A stretch of DNA of 64,000 bases from Promethearchaeota archaeon (lineage in GTDB: Archaea; Asgardarchaeota; Hermodarchaeia; Hermodarchaeales; Hermodarchaeaceae): positions 32,001-96,000 of the forward strand of contig JBHLPH010000002.1 of the NCBI GenBank assembly GCA_048939625.1. Direction: 5' to 3'. Both the position numbers and the translations under genes were made by a program. The notes under the pieces are model-generated. The model was not told where the DNA came from and made no database searches. It saw only the letters and a program-made list of their open reading frames with translations. Below are positions 1-10,154 of the stretch, piece by piece (position 1 is the stretch's first letter; each line of letters opens with the position of its first letter).

Positions 1-384
1 GCCCCCTTGTGTTGAGGGAAAGGAGAGGCTATTGAGGTCGCGCCCTAGTTTGATATCAAAAGTCATGATTGTAGCTTTCAATTCTTCAAGCTCAGTCATG
101 TAAGATTTCAGTAATTCGATATGAAGACGTAATGAACGTGATAAATCCTCATCAACTTTAGGAATGCTCTGATCGATTTGTTTTACAAGTCGGCGTTTCT
201 TGGGACTAAGAGACCAACTTGTTTTTGCGTCTCTATCAAAGCCTTCAAGGGCTACAAGCTCCCGCCCAGTATCCTCTAACGAGGTCTCGATTTCTGACGG
301 AAGACCGCCCATTATTGTTTGGCATTTAGCGCTAACATCTTTGAGCATAGAGTAGTACTTGCGAAGCTCTGCTAATGTCGTCAA
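1..384 (-). CDS. Hypothetical helical protein, partial (runs off the window start)
   Basis: Manually read open frame from TTG at 384 (MTTLAELRKYYSMLKDVS...SFPSTQGG) with no stop before base 1; absent from the ORF track. Confidence 0.6.
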   Translation of the reverse strand, partial: MTTLAELRKYYSMLKDVSAKCQTIMGGLPSEIETSLEDTGRELVALEGFDRDAKTSWSLSPKKRRLVKQIDQSIPKVDEDLSRSLRLHIELLKSYMTELEELKATIMTFDIKLGRDLNSLSFPSTQGG

Positions 385-562
385 ATTCGGAGCCCCCGAG
401 GTAAGTGGCTTACATCCACCTTCCTAACCATTGGAAAGTCTATTCTTAACTCTTTTGAGCCCAAGTCAAACATGGAGCAATAGCTAAATTAAAGTCAACA
501 GCCGATTTTAACTAGTACCCACCCTTTTTCTTGGGTAATTTGTCTGGTTGGATTGAAAAGAG

Positions 563-1498
563 ATGGCTGCTACGGAGAGACATGAAAAAGTCCGTGAAAA
601 GCTATTAGAGGCTGGTAAAATTGCCTCCCAAGCCCTTGCATTCACGTGTGAACTCGTGAAAGTGGGATCTTCGTTACTCACAATCGCTGAGGCAGGCGAG
701 AAGAAAATTCTGGAATTAGGAGGAAAACCAGCTTTTCCAATTAATATCTCAGTCAATCATCATGCTGCCCACTACACGCCAGGTTTGGAGGACACGACTG
801 AGGTACCTACACAGTCTCTTGTGAAAATTGATTTAGGAGCACATGTCGACGGGTATGTGGCGGATAACGCTCGAACCGTGCTCGTGGGAGATGATGAAGC
901 GCTCCAACAGCTTATTGTTGGGGCTGAAGCCGGATTACAAGCCGCTTTGGAAACGGCTCGATCGGGAATACGGATATGGCACTTATCGCAAGCCATCTCC
1001 AAAGCGATGCGCAAGGCAAACACCCGACCCATAGAGAACTTAACAGGCCATAGTATAGAACAATTTAATCTACATGCAGGGATTTCAGTACCCGCCGTAA
1101 CCCATTCAATTAGTCGAGTAGCGTCCCCAAGATTAGAGGAACACATGGTTGTCGCAATTGAACCTTTTTCTACTTATAGCCGAAACCCCTACGTTGAGAA
1201 TCTAGAACCCGGGCACATTTACGGTTTTACACCAAGGCGCAACCCCAAAGATGCTGAGTTGCGGATGCTTTTCAGTAAGATGAAGATTGAATTTGTACAA
1301 CTCCCCTTTGCCTCACGGTGGATGACAAAATTCGTAGAACCAAGTCAGATCACTCAAACACTTAACAAACTTAGAGACCAAGGGTGCATTCACAATTATG
1401 CTCTCTTAGGGCTTCGGGATGAAAATTCCATTGCTCAAGCAGAGCATACAATTATTGTAGAAAAGAAGGGATGTACAGTAACTACTACACGCCCTTAA
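563..1498 (+). CDS. map: Methionine aminopeptidase type II
   Basis: AFPINIS..AAHYT, KIDLGAHVDGYVAD, LTGHSI, AIEPF and AQAEHTI motifs, plus the type II helical insertion. Confidence 0.95.
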   Translation: MAATERHEKVREKLLEAGKIASQALAFTCELVKVGSSLLTIAEAGEKKILELGGKPAFPINISVNHHAAHYTPGLEDTTEVPTQSLVKIDLGAHVDGYVADNARTVLVGDDEALQQLIVGAEAGLQAALETARSGIRIWHLSQAISKAMRKANTRPIENLTGHSIEQFNLHAGISVPAVTHSISRVASPRLEEHMVVAIEPFSTYSRNPYVENLEPGHIYGFTPRRNPKDAELRMLFSKMKIEFVQLPFASRWMTKFVEPSQITQTLNKLRDQGCIHNYALLGLRDENSIAQAEHTIIVEKKGCTVTTTRP

Positions 1499-1516
1499 GA
1501 ATGGAGTGATCACTTT

Positions 1517-2854
1517 ATGGAGTATCAGAGCATTTTACAGAAACTCATTTCATTACCTACAGTCAATGATCCTGCGAAGGAGGTGCGTCCCACTCGAGAG
1601 TGCCCCGAATTCCTACATGAAAAGCTCTCTGAGATTGGCTTCAATTCGATAATTCTTGAAAAGAACGGCTTCTACTCTGTTTTAGGAATCTATGGAAAAG
1701 GTCGTCCCGTTACGTTACTTATTTCTCATTTTGATGTGGTGCCCATTGGTCCCGGATGGACGACTGACCCTTTTGAATTAACCGTGCGCGACAGATTTGG
1801 CTATGGACGAGGAACCGCAGATGATAAGGGAAATACGACTGCACTCCTCCTCTCAGCTGAGGAGATTCCTCATCAGAAAATTAAGGGTACCGTTGCTTTT
1901 GCGATGACGGGCGATGAGGAAATTGGTGGCACCAATGGAGCTACTGCAGTTCGTTCAAAACTCGAAAAACAGCACTTGTTTCCGAATTATTTGATTACTG
2001 CAGATGGGGTGGGTATGCAGATTGTTACTCGCCGTCGGAACACTGTCTCGGTCTCAGTTAGTGTTCCTCAACACCCTTTACAGTATGATGGAGCTGTTGA
2101 AACACACCGATTCACTACGGATTACGTTGGCCGAGCATCCCGTCATTCAGCTTACTTCATACCCGGAGTGGACCGACATGCCCTCCTTGCGGCATCGAAT
2201 TTTCTACTTCAAAATCCACACATGAGAGTCACCTCGACAGCGGGCAGTTATGTCAAAAGTAATGTTGTCCCAGACTGGTTTGAGCTCGAAGTTATCAACC
2301 CACAAGCTTCCGCCAACCAAGCAAACTATAAGATTGATCAAAATCTTACTACGCTTCTTCAAGCGTTACTTCCAATTTCACGAGTGCAGTTTACTACGAA
2401 TCTCAGTGATTATGGAATTACATTTTGTCCTAATTTGCTGTTTGAACGCGAAAATCGCTGGGAAGTTTATTTTGATGGACGTGCAATGACCAACGATGTC
2501 CAGGCAGTAAGGAAAGCATTGAACGCAGTGTTAGCAGAGAAGCTCGCTGGCATTGATTATCAAATGAAAGTTCGATTAGGAAAAGCTTTCATGAATACAG
2601 CCACTAATTCCCAATTAGTACGAGTTGCACAAAAGGTCGCACAGGAATTGGGTCAAAAGACAAGCCCAATTGAATTAGGGGGGGCTAGTGATACGCGGCA
2701 TTTTACAGACCGGCCCATTCAAGCTATCGACTTTGGTCCTATTGGGTATGGGATCCATGGTTCCGATGAACATGTTCTCCTTGAATCCATTCCTCAAACC
2801 GCAAAATTCTATACTTCTGTTGTTCGGGCCCTCCATTCATCTTTCAAACCTTAG
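1517..2854 (+). CDS. M20 family metallohydrolase (DapE/ArgE-like)
   Basis: SHFDVVP, GRGTADDKG, GDEEIGG and GGASD..IHGSDE metal-binding motifs. Confidence 0.9.
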   Translation: MEYQSILQKLISLPTVNDPAKEVRPTRECPEFLHEKLSEIGFNSIILEKNGFYSVLGIYGKGRPVTLLISHFDVVPIGPGWTTDPFELTVRDRFGYGRGTADDKGNTTALLLSAEEIPHQKIKGTVAFAMTGDEEIGGTNGATAVRSKLEKQHLFPNYLITADGVGMQIVTRRRNTVSVSVSVPQHPLQYDGAVETHRFTTDYVGRASRHSAYFIPGVDRHALLAASNFLLQNPHMRVTSTAGSYVKSNVVPDWFELEVINPQASANQANYKIDQNLTTLLQALLPISRVQFTTNLSDYGITFCPNLLFERENRWEVYFDGRAMTNDVQAVRKALNAVLAEKLAGIDYQMKVRLGKAFMNTATNSQLVRVAQKVAQELGQKTSPIELGGASDTRHFTDRPIQAIDFGPIGYGIHGSDEHVLLESIPQTAKFYTSVVRALHSSFKP

Positions 2855-4131
2855 GGAGCCCGTTCAGGTCCAGGAATTGGTGGCACCGTTGGAGCGGGGA
2901 CTTTTACAAGAGTCTCATTAATGGTGAGATACCCCATAGAAACAATGATTCGAATAACGACTATGGTTAGCATCATCGCTATAACAACACTTGCATAGGG
3001 AAGAAACGAGACCATGTAATCTAGCAAGAGACCAGAAACCATGGCAGCACAAAAAGCGCTGAGTCCCGTGAAGAAGTTGAATAGCGCAACGACAGTACCA
3101 CGATAGACCTTTGGAGCAGAATCAAGAAGCCATGCTGTGCTACTAACGATGAATAATCCTGTTAGAAAGCCACCGGCGATATTACTTGGTAAAAGAAACC
3201 AAAAATTGCCTGTGATTGCGCCTAGTGCATGAGAAAGAGGAGCAAGAAAGATGACTGATCGACTTACAATGATAATGGGTTTGCGACCATACCGATCAGT
3301 AAGGACACCTCCACTGAGTTGGGCGATTCCTGAACTGATACTGAAAATCGCAGTGAAAAAGGCGATGAAAAATAAATCGATATTTAGGATGCCTCGCGTT
3401 ATGATTGGGAAAAGTGGCCAAGCGGCACCCATTGCAGCAAAGAAGAGCGTGTTTACAATTAAAAATCGTCTGAAGTGTGGTGTGCGTTTGATTGAATCTC
3501 GAATCTGAAATAAGCGACGTTTTGAAGGTCGCACGGTTTCGCTGAGAACTAACACACAAATAACGGCGATAGCCATCGAAACAGCTGCAGTATACATAGG
3601 CACTTGATACTGGGCTAGGCCCGTCAATCCAATAGAAACAGCAACGAAGCCTACAGTGACTAGAGAAACTGCTGAGGCTATTGTTCCGATTGCTGTTATG
3701 ATTCCTACAAATCGCCCTCGCCCAGTTATTGTGGTAAGATCCCCGAGGAGACCATTCCAAGCGGGGATAGCAGCGCTTCCAATGATGGTCGGAACCAAAA
3801 GGAGTAGGATTAGGTGCCAGGCATTCGTAGCGAACGGAACCAGGGCTGCTGTCATGCCAATGGCGAGTAGCCCTAAGAATAGAAATGGTCGTCGTCCAAA
3901 GCGATCAGTTAGGCTCCCCCAAGCCCACTGCATGGAGGCGTTACCGAGGGTTTGAACACCAGTTACAGTGCTTTGTTGCACTCCAGTTGCACCAAGATCA
4001 ACGGCGAGAGCACCCGTATAAGCCCACAGGAGATTAGCGCCAACTTGCCAAGAGGACCAGAGTGTCGCCACTTGGATTGGTTGCTGACTTAGCGGCGTCT
4101 CTTCGGCAGTAGGGTTTTGGGTCAAAATCAT
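2851..4131 (-). CDS. MFS transporter
   Basis: About 12 TM segments; motif A appears twice (GSLTDRFGRR, GVLTDRYGRK). Confidence 0.92.
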   Translation of the reverse strand: MILTQNPTAEETPLSQQPIQVATLWSSWQVGANLLWAYTGALAVDLGATGVQQSTVTGVQTLGNASMQWAWGSLTDRFGRRPFLFLGLLAIGMTAALVPFATNAWHLILLLLVPTIIGSAAIPAWNGLLGDLTTITGRGRFVGIITAIGTIASAVSLVTVGFVAVSIGLTGLAQYQVPMYTAAVSMAIAVICVLVLSETVRPSKRRLFQIRDSIKRTPHFRRFLIVNTLFFAAMGAAWPLFPIITRGILNIDLFFIAFFTAIFSISSGIAQLSGGVLTDRYGRKPIIIVSRSVIFLAPLSHALGAITGNFWFLLPSNIAGGFLTGLFIVSSTAWLLDSAPKVYRGTVVALFNFFTGLSAFCAAMVSGLLLDYMVSFLPYASVVIAMMLTIVVIRIIVSMGYLTINETLVKVPAPTVPPIPGPERAP

Positions 4132-4248
4132 CGCCTGCAGTTAAGGTCAGCCTTCCGGTGTTAGTGTTGAAAAAGCTTGTTCAACCACATACATTCTAAT
4201 GAAAGGAATACCAGAAGTCCCAATGACCAGCTTTGGAGTCGATTAATC

Positions 4249-5442
4249 ATGTGTGCTGAAATTGCTGAAAAAATCCATTCAAGTATGCGCAAACATGAGG
4301 ACTGGCGGCAACATTGCTTGAACCTTATTCCCTCCGAGAATCTGACAAGCCCACAAGTCCGAGCCATGTTAGCATCAGATTTTGGCCATCGCTATGCTTG
4401 GGATGAGCCATGGTATGGTGGACAGAAATATTCAGTGGAAGTGGAAAAACTCGCCATCAATGCTGCAAAGAAACTGTTTCATGCACAATATGCAAATGTT
4501 CGGCCCCTATCAGGGCACCTTTCACTTATGGCCGTAATCATGGGAATATGTCGACCTAATGATCCCATTCTCATTTCGCATTTTGATAATGGTGGATATC
4601 CGCTAAACCTTCAGGCTCGGTTTCCGTTAGAGGTTCATTATCTCCCCTATCTTGCTGATAATTATTCGATGGATATTCAAGGGGCGATTCAACAGGTGGA
4701 ACAGATTCGTCCAAAGATCCTCATTTTAGGTGCGAGTATTATTCTAAAGCCACATCCGGTATCTGAGTTAGCAAAGATATGCCAAGAGGTAGGTACTATC
4801 TTGGTCTATGATGGTTCCCATGTTCTTGGGTTAATCGCAGGCGGGCAATTTCAGAACCCATTTCAAGAAGGCGCACAGATTATGCTTGGGAGCACACATA
4901 AGACCCTTTTCGGTCCACAGGGAGGAATTGTGCTAGTAAAAAACAATGCTGAACTCGCGGAACAGATTGATTTTACTTTGCGCCCAAATCCAGTCTTAGT
5001 TGATAATTATCACCACCATCGAGTGGCAGCGCTTGGCATTGCCCTAACAGAACTCCTTGCCTTTGGCAAAGATTATGCAAAGCAGGTTGTAAACAATTCA
5101 CAGCAGTTAGCGAAAGAACTAGCAGAAAGGCAAATTCCCCTTATTGGAGAAGCCTGGGGGTATACAAGATCCCATCAAGTTTTGTTACACACCGAGAATT
5201 TCAACCAAGGTGAAAAAATGTGTGCCAGATTAGAGGCTGCTGATATCATTGCTGATGCCGGGGTTCGTTTAGGATCTCAGGAGATAACTCGTCGAGGAAT
5301 GAAATCCGATCAGATGCCAATCGTTGCTAATTTAATCGCAAGATGTCTTCAAGGCGAGACACCGAAGACGATCAAAGCAGAAGTCCATTTGCTCACCCGT
5401 CAATTCCAAACACCAATCTATTGTTTTGATTATGAAGTGTGA
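4249..5442 (+). CDS. glyA: Serine hydroxymethyltransferase (archaeal type)
   Basis: LIPSEN, YDGSHVLGLIAG and STHKT (PLP Lys) motifs; start moved to ATG 4249, downstream of GGAG. Confidence 0.92.
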   Translation: MCAEIAEKIHSSMRKHEDWRQHCLNLIPSENLTSPQVRAMLASDFGHRYAWDEPWYGGQKYSVEVEKLAINAAKKLFHAQYANVRPLSGHLSLMAVIMGICRPNDPILISHFDNGGYPLNLQARFPLEVHYLPYLADNYSMDIQGAIQQVEQIRPKILILGASIILKPHPVSELAKICQEVGTILVYDGSHVLGLIAGGQFQNPFQEGAQIMLGSTHKTLFGPQGGIVLVKNNAELAEQIDFTLRPNPVLVDNYHHHRVAALGIALTELLAFGKDYAKQVVNNSQQLAKELAERQIPLIGEAWGYTRSHQVLLHTENFNQGEKMCARLEAADIIADAGVRLGSQEITRRGMKSDQMPIVANLIARCLQGETPKTIKAEVHLLTRQFQTPIYCFDYEV

Positions 5443-5558
5443 TTGAACCAGAAAATTGAGTATTTTGTGATACGCGAGATTTCGTTCTTCTCAAAGTGTT
5501 AGCCACAAAGTTTTTTGAATACGCTTCTTGATAGTCTAGTACTGATAGGGGAATTCTT

Positions 5559-6650
5559 ATGCCCACTGAGTTACCTGAGGAGCCAAGTAATTCTTCTGAA
5601 AAGAAATGGAGATTCCGCAGACCAGGAGAGCAAACCAAGGAGTCTGCAATGGAAACAGTTGAGGAGCCATCCATTGATGATTCTGAAACAATCGTGGAGG
5701 AGTCTTCTGAAGAAGCGGATTTTGAAATCGATGATGAATCCATAGAAGTAGAATCAGTCAGCCAAGAAGATGAAGTGATTATTGAACGGTCTGATGAGGA
5801 ACTAGTTGAGGAAAGCACCGAAGAAGAGGAAAGTCCTCTAGAGGAAGTTGAGGATACTTTCGTAGCAGCTGAGAGGGAAGAAGCCAGTGAAGAAAACCAG
5901 AAACTTACTCAACAGGTTGCTGATTTGCTTCAGCAAGTTGAGGAGATTAATACTAAGAAAATTGCTCTGTCAGATCAGGTTAAGGATCTGAGTGAGCAAC
6001 TGGACCAAGCGAACAATGATAATGCTGAACGCCAAGAACAAATATCTCAATTGCAAGAGAAACTCGATGAAATGATCGCCAGCGATAAGGAGAAATCCAA
6101 ACAGCTCAAAGACATGAGCACAAAATTATCATCAACAGAACAGACGAATATGAAATTAGAAGAGGACATTAAGACAGCAGAAAACACTGCAAAAGAAAGA
6201 GAAGAGCATCTGTTAACTCAACTGGAAGCCATGGCTGAACGCATGGGGAAATTACGCGAGGTCGTGAAAAAGCGTGATGAAGAGCTACTGGCTCTGCAAA
6301 AGGATATACTCGTGAAAAAAGATATTGCTCAAGATGCACAGGAAGAAGTGTCACAGCTCAGAACTGTGAGTATTGTACAACGTGAAGCAGTGCAGGACAC
6401 AACCGTCCTGCAGCGGCGAGTCACTGATCTGGAAGTCGAACTTGAGCGGTTGAAGAAAGCCCTCGAAAAAGATCCCAAGTACCGAATATACATGTTAGTA
6501 CGTGAAACAGGTCAGCGAACCCTCGAAGAACTCAGTAAAATCCTAGGTGTTGGTGTCTATGAGGCACGGCGTCGAGTCCAAGAGTTAGTTCGCGGGGGAT
6601 TATTGGAACTGAAAGACGAAACAGTCACAATTAAACGACGGGGCAAGTAA
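5559..6650 (+). CDS. Acidic N-terminal region + long coiled coil + C-terminal winged-helix protein
   Basis: Glu-rich first ~110 aa, heptad-like middle, C-terminal TLEELSKILGV..EARRRVQELVRGGLLELKDETVTI wHTH pattern. Confidence 0.7.
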   Translation: MPTELPEEPSNSSEKKWRFRRPGEQTKESAMETVEEPSIDDSETIVEESSEEADFEIDDESIEVESVSQEDEVIIERSDEELVEESTEEEESPLEEVEDTFVAAEREEASEENQKLTQQVADLLQQVEEINTKKIALSDQVKDLSEQLDQANNDNAERQEQISQLQEKLDEMIASDKEKSKQLKDMSTKLSSTEQTNMKLEEDIKTAENTAKEREEHLLTQLEAMAERMGKLREVVKKRDEELLALQKDILVKKDIAQDAQEEVSQLRTVSIVQREAVQDTTVLQRRVTDLEVELERLKKALEKDPKYRIYMLVRETGQRTLEELSKILGVGVYEARRRVQELVRGGLLELKDETVTIKRRGK

Positions 6651-6735
6651 ACAAAGGCAAGTTTTCAATCTTTTAATACCCCCTCCAATACATACATGAA
6701 CAACTCCTCCTAATCATCGGAGGGTTCGAAGCCAA

Positions 6736-7752
6736 ATGATCCAGGTGTATTACACACAAAAAGATGAGTTCCACAAACTGGCAAAAAGCGAGGATTTTCA
6801 AAAAATCTGGCGTGATACAGACTTCATTTGGCTTTCTGCAATAAATCCAACCGCAGAAGAATACAATCAACTCGGTTTGTTTTTATCCGTTGATTCCAAA
6901 AGCCTTTCACGGGTTTTTGAACGAACCCTTGAAGGTCGGTATCACCGTTTCTACGATTACTCAGCATTCCACGTCCCCACCGTAATTGCCAAACCAGTTC
7001 AACTTTTAGAACCCGTCTTAATCCTTTTAGGAGAGAAAATGGTTGCCACGGTTGGAAAGAACATTCCACCGGATGCCATTGAAGAAGTTGAACAAACACT
7101 GCGAAACCTTGTATCCGCTGGAATGGAAATTTCGCCTTCTTTGGTTTCCGTTCGTATTGTACAAGAGCTCATTGAAAGGAATACCCTCATCATTAACCAA
7201 ATTATTGAAGCAACAAAGGAACTGGAATCAAAATACGCTGACATTAACATTAACACATTATTAGCGGAGATTCAACGAATTCGCGCCCTTCAAAACGAAT
7301 TCTATCAACATCTTACAACCCAGCGACATTTTGTAGACATGATGCTACAACACGTTCCACGATACCTCCACCTCAATGATGAACTACGAGCACTCCTTGA
7401 CACAACTATTGGCGAATTAGAACGCCAACAACAGTCACTAGAAATCAATGCCCGTAACCTGACGGACCTAGTTTCATTGCATTCGATTTTACTCGCCAAT
7501 CGGTTGAACCGAATAATCGTCATCCTTACTGCAATCACAGTGACTGTGGCCGTACCCTCTCTGATAGCCAATATTTTAGGCATGTATAACATTTTTTGGC
7601 CATTCCCAATCCTCTATCTTCCAAATGGGATTCCAATCTATACATGGCAAATCCAATTATCAATCATGATTCCTGCAATCCTTATACCCATTGCGTGGGT
7701 AATAAGGAAAGGCTGGATTGGATTCTCAGCGCCTCCCCGGGAAAAGAAATAA
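6736..7752 (+). CDS. corA: CorA family divalent cation transporter
   Basis: Soluble N-domain, long stalk helix (ANRLNRIIVILTAIT..PSLIANILGM) and two C-terminal TMs; signature reads GMY rather than GMN. Confidence 0.85.
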   Translation: MIQVYYTQKDEFHKLAKSEDFQKIWRDTDFIWLSAINPTAEEYNQLGLFLSVDSKSLSRVFERTLEGRYHRFYDYSAFHVPTVIAKPVQLLEPVLILLGEKMVATVGKNIPPDAIEEVEQTLRNLVSAGMEISPSLVSVRIVQELIERNTLIINQIIEATKELESKYADININTLLAEIQRIRALQNEFYQHLTTQRHFVDMMLQHVPRYLHLNDELRALLDTTIGELERQQQSLEINARNLTDLVSLHSILLANRLNRIIVILTAITVTVAVPSLIANILGMYNIFWPFPILYLPNGIPIYTWQIQLSIMIPAILIPIAWVIRKGWIGFSAPPREKK

Positions 7753-7807
7753 GGAATCTCCAAAGCTCTCAGAATCTGAGATACCAAACATCAAGGTCGA
7801 ATGAATT

Positions 7808-8716
7808 ATGACTGAATCCAGTAAAATTACCTCGTTGGCTAATCTAATAGGTCAAAACATCACGGATGGATGTCACATCTATTTAGAGGGAATCCTAGCA
7901 AATCGATTACCCATGGCCGCAATCCATGAAATCATTCGTGCACAGGCTAAGAAGTTACGTATAGTAAGTGCACCTAACAGTATTGGTGTCGATCAGCTCA
8001 TTGGTGCAGGCTTGATTTCAGAACTTGAATTCTACTTCCTTGGCGTGATGACCAAGAACGGGTTTTCGACAATGCGGCGCTTTCGAGAGGCAGCTGAAAG
8101 TGGAATGATTGATGTGAAAGAAAGCATGGGTTATGCGATTTGTATGGCTTTACGAGCAGGAGCATATGGCATTCCCTTCATTCCACTACCAGATTTCAGA
8201 GGGTCCGATTTGCTTTCAAGCCGTGAGGATTATCACATTTTACCCTCTCCCTACAATTCAACAGAAACGGTCATTACAGTCCCAGCTCTGTGCCCTGATA
8301 TCTTGTTGCTTCATGCACATAAGGCTGATACAAAAGGAAATGTAGTCCTTGATGAACCGTGGACGGCCTTCACTCTAACGACAGCTCAAGCGTGTAAGAG
8401 AGTGCTGGTCACCGTTGAAGAAATTGTTGAGCCAGACACCTTAAATCCCAAGCATATCACCATTCCCCATTTCTTGGTCGATGCCATTGCGCATGTTCCT
8501 TATGGGGCAGCTCCTACAGCCCTAAATCAAAAATATGAAATCGATATGACTCACTTCGCTTACTATCAAGATATGGCCCAAACCAAAGAACAGTTTGCCC
8601 AATATTTACAGTCCTATGTGTTAGAATGCTCAAATCATGCAGCCTTTCTTGAGAAGGTAGGTTTACCACCTCCTTGGAAAACCACCTCAGAAATTAATTC
8701 GGGGGAAAATAAGTGA
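7808..8716 (+). CDS. GctA/AibA-like CoA-transferase-fold subunit A
   Basis: PMAAIHEIIR, LRAGAYGIPFIP, HAHKADTKGN, TVEEIV and PYGAAPT motifs. Confidence 0.85.
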   Translation: MTESSKITSLANLIGQNITDGCHIYLEGILANRLPMAAIHEIIRAQAKKLRIVSAPNSIGVDQLIGAGLISELEFYFLGVMTKNGFSTMRRFREAAESGMIDVKESMGYAICMALRAGAYGIPFIPLPDFRGSDLLSSREDYHILPSPYNSTETVITVPALCPDILLLHAHKADTKGNVVLDEPWTAFTLTTAQACKRVLVTVEEIVEPDTLNPKHITIPHFLVDAIAHVPYGAAPTALNQKYEIDMTHFAYYQDMAQTKEQFAQYLQSYVLECSNHAAFLEKVGLPPPWKTTSEINSGENK

Positions 8717-9501
8717 ACGCCCCAGCAAAAGACTACTCTTTTGATGAACTCATCATTTCAACGCTTGCCCGTCAGCTAAAGAATGGAGAGCGGGTCTTTA
8801 CTGGAGTGGCTAGCCCTGTCCAAATGATAGCAACACTATTAGCGCGGGCAACACATGCTCCCGATTTATTATATTTCACAATACTAGGCACTATTAATCC
8901 GAAACCCCAGGTGCTACCCTACTCCACAGGTGATCCCCATCTTTTTGATAGATGTGAAAATGCAATCACTTTTCCTGAAATATTCGATTTAGCGAATAAA
9001 GGACGCATGGATGTAGCTTTTTTGGGTGGAGTCCAGATTGACCAATTTGGCAGCTTAAACATGAGCATAATTGGTTCCGACCCTCACCACCCAAAGGTAC
9101 GATTACCTGGTGGAGCAGGAGGACCGCTCATGATCCGAAGTTTCCGTCGCATCATTTCATGGCGACCAAACCACAGTTCGAAAAACTTAGTTAAGGAAGT
9201 ACCATTCGTTACGAGCCCCGGGTGGATTCCTATAGCAAAGGGTCCACGTCATGGAGGACCAGATATTATTGTAACTGACCTATGTATTTTCCAGTTTGAT
9301 CGGAGCTCCAAACGTATTATTCTCAAATCTGTTCATCCGGGTGTAAAATTACAAGATGTTCTAGAAAACACTGGATTTCAATTCAAAATTTCTGAAAAGA
9401 TTGCTGAAACAGCACCCCCTTCAAAGCGGGAAATCGAGATTCTCTCATCACAAATTGACCCAGACAACATGCGGAGAACCTTGCTTTCCCCTCCCAAATG
9501 A
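8713..9501 (+). CDS. GctB/AibB-like CoA-transferase-fold subunit B
   Basis: ARATHAPDL, FLGGVQIDQFGSLN, RLPGGAG, VTDL and HPGV..V.ENTGF motifs; overlaps subunit A by 4 nt. Confidence 0.85.
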   Translation: MNAPAKDYSFDELIISTLARQLKNGERVFTGVASPVQMIATLLARATHAPDLLYFTILGTINPKPQVLPYSTGDPHLFDRCENAITFPEIFDLANKGRMDVAFLGGVQIDQFGSLNMSIIGSDPHHPKVRLPGGAGGPLMIRSFRRIISWRPNHSSKNLVKEVPFVTSPGWIPIAKGPRHGGPDIIVTDLCIFQFDRSSKRIILKSVHPGVKLQDVLENTGFQFKISEKIAETAPPSKREIEILSSQIDPDNMRRTLLSPPK

Positions 9502-9587
9502 GGTTAAAGAAACCGAGAGGACACAAATGTTTATAAGTTGTTTATCCACTGTCGCGAAGCGAGCGCGGGAAATCCATAACCTAGTTC

Positions 9588-10154
9588 ATGGTGAGAGTTG
9601 TGTTAACAGACAAGCAGTTTAGTTATCTCAAGCGGCTTATCGAACGGCGCGGGTATGAAATCACCAAACGTGTAGAAGGCGAAAAAGAAGGCATTGCTGA
9701 TGTTCATGCGAAATCAACCAAGAAACCCAAAGATACACTCCTCGTGCGTATTATTCTTGATACTCCAACAGTAGGAGTGGAAATTCTTCGAAATACCATC
9801 AAAGAGCGAGATAATGGCGAATTCACGCATGCCATCATCATAGGGGGCGAGCGGTACACTTACGCAGCGCGACGCGAAGCCAAAGAAATGGATGTTGAAC
9901 TGCTACACCGTCGTTTTCTCTCAATTGATTTGTTCCTTCATGATTTGGTACCCGAACATGACATCATTACAGAGAAAGAAATCGAAGAGATTGAAAAGAA
10001 ATACGGAATACACCGAGAGAAATTACCGAAAATTAAAGCTGGAGATCCGGCAGCGAAGGCGATTGGTGCCCGTCCCGGTGACGTGATTCGGATTGTTCGT
10101 GCAAAATCTGAAACAGCGGGTAACCATGAAGTGTACCGGTATTGTGTAGCCTAG
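9588..10154 (+). CDS. rpo5: RNA polymerase subunit Rpo5 with an RPB5-like N-terminal domain
   Basis: C-terminal HDLVPEH..LPKI..DP......A.PGDVIRI.R.SETAG..YR signature, preceded by a ~110-aa extra N-terminal domain. Confidence 0.92.
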   Translation: MVRVVLTDKQFSYLKRLIERRGYEITKRVEGEKEGIADVHAKSTKKPKDTLLVRIILDTPTVGVEILRNTIKERDNGEFTHAIIIGGERYTYAARREAKEMDVELLHRRFLSIDLFLHDLVPEHDIITEKEIEEIEKKYGIHREKLPKIKAGDPAAKAIGARPGDVIRIVRAKSETAGNHEVYRYCVA

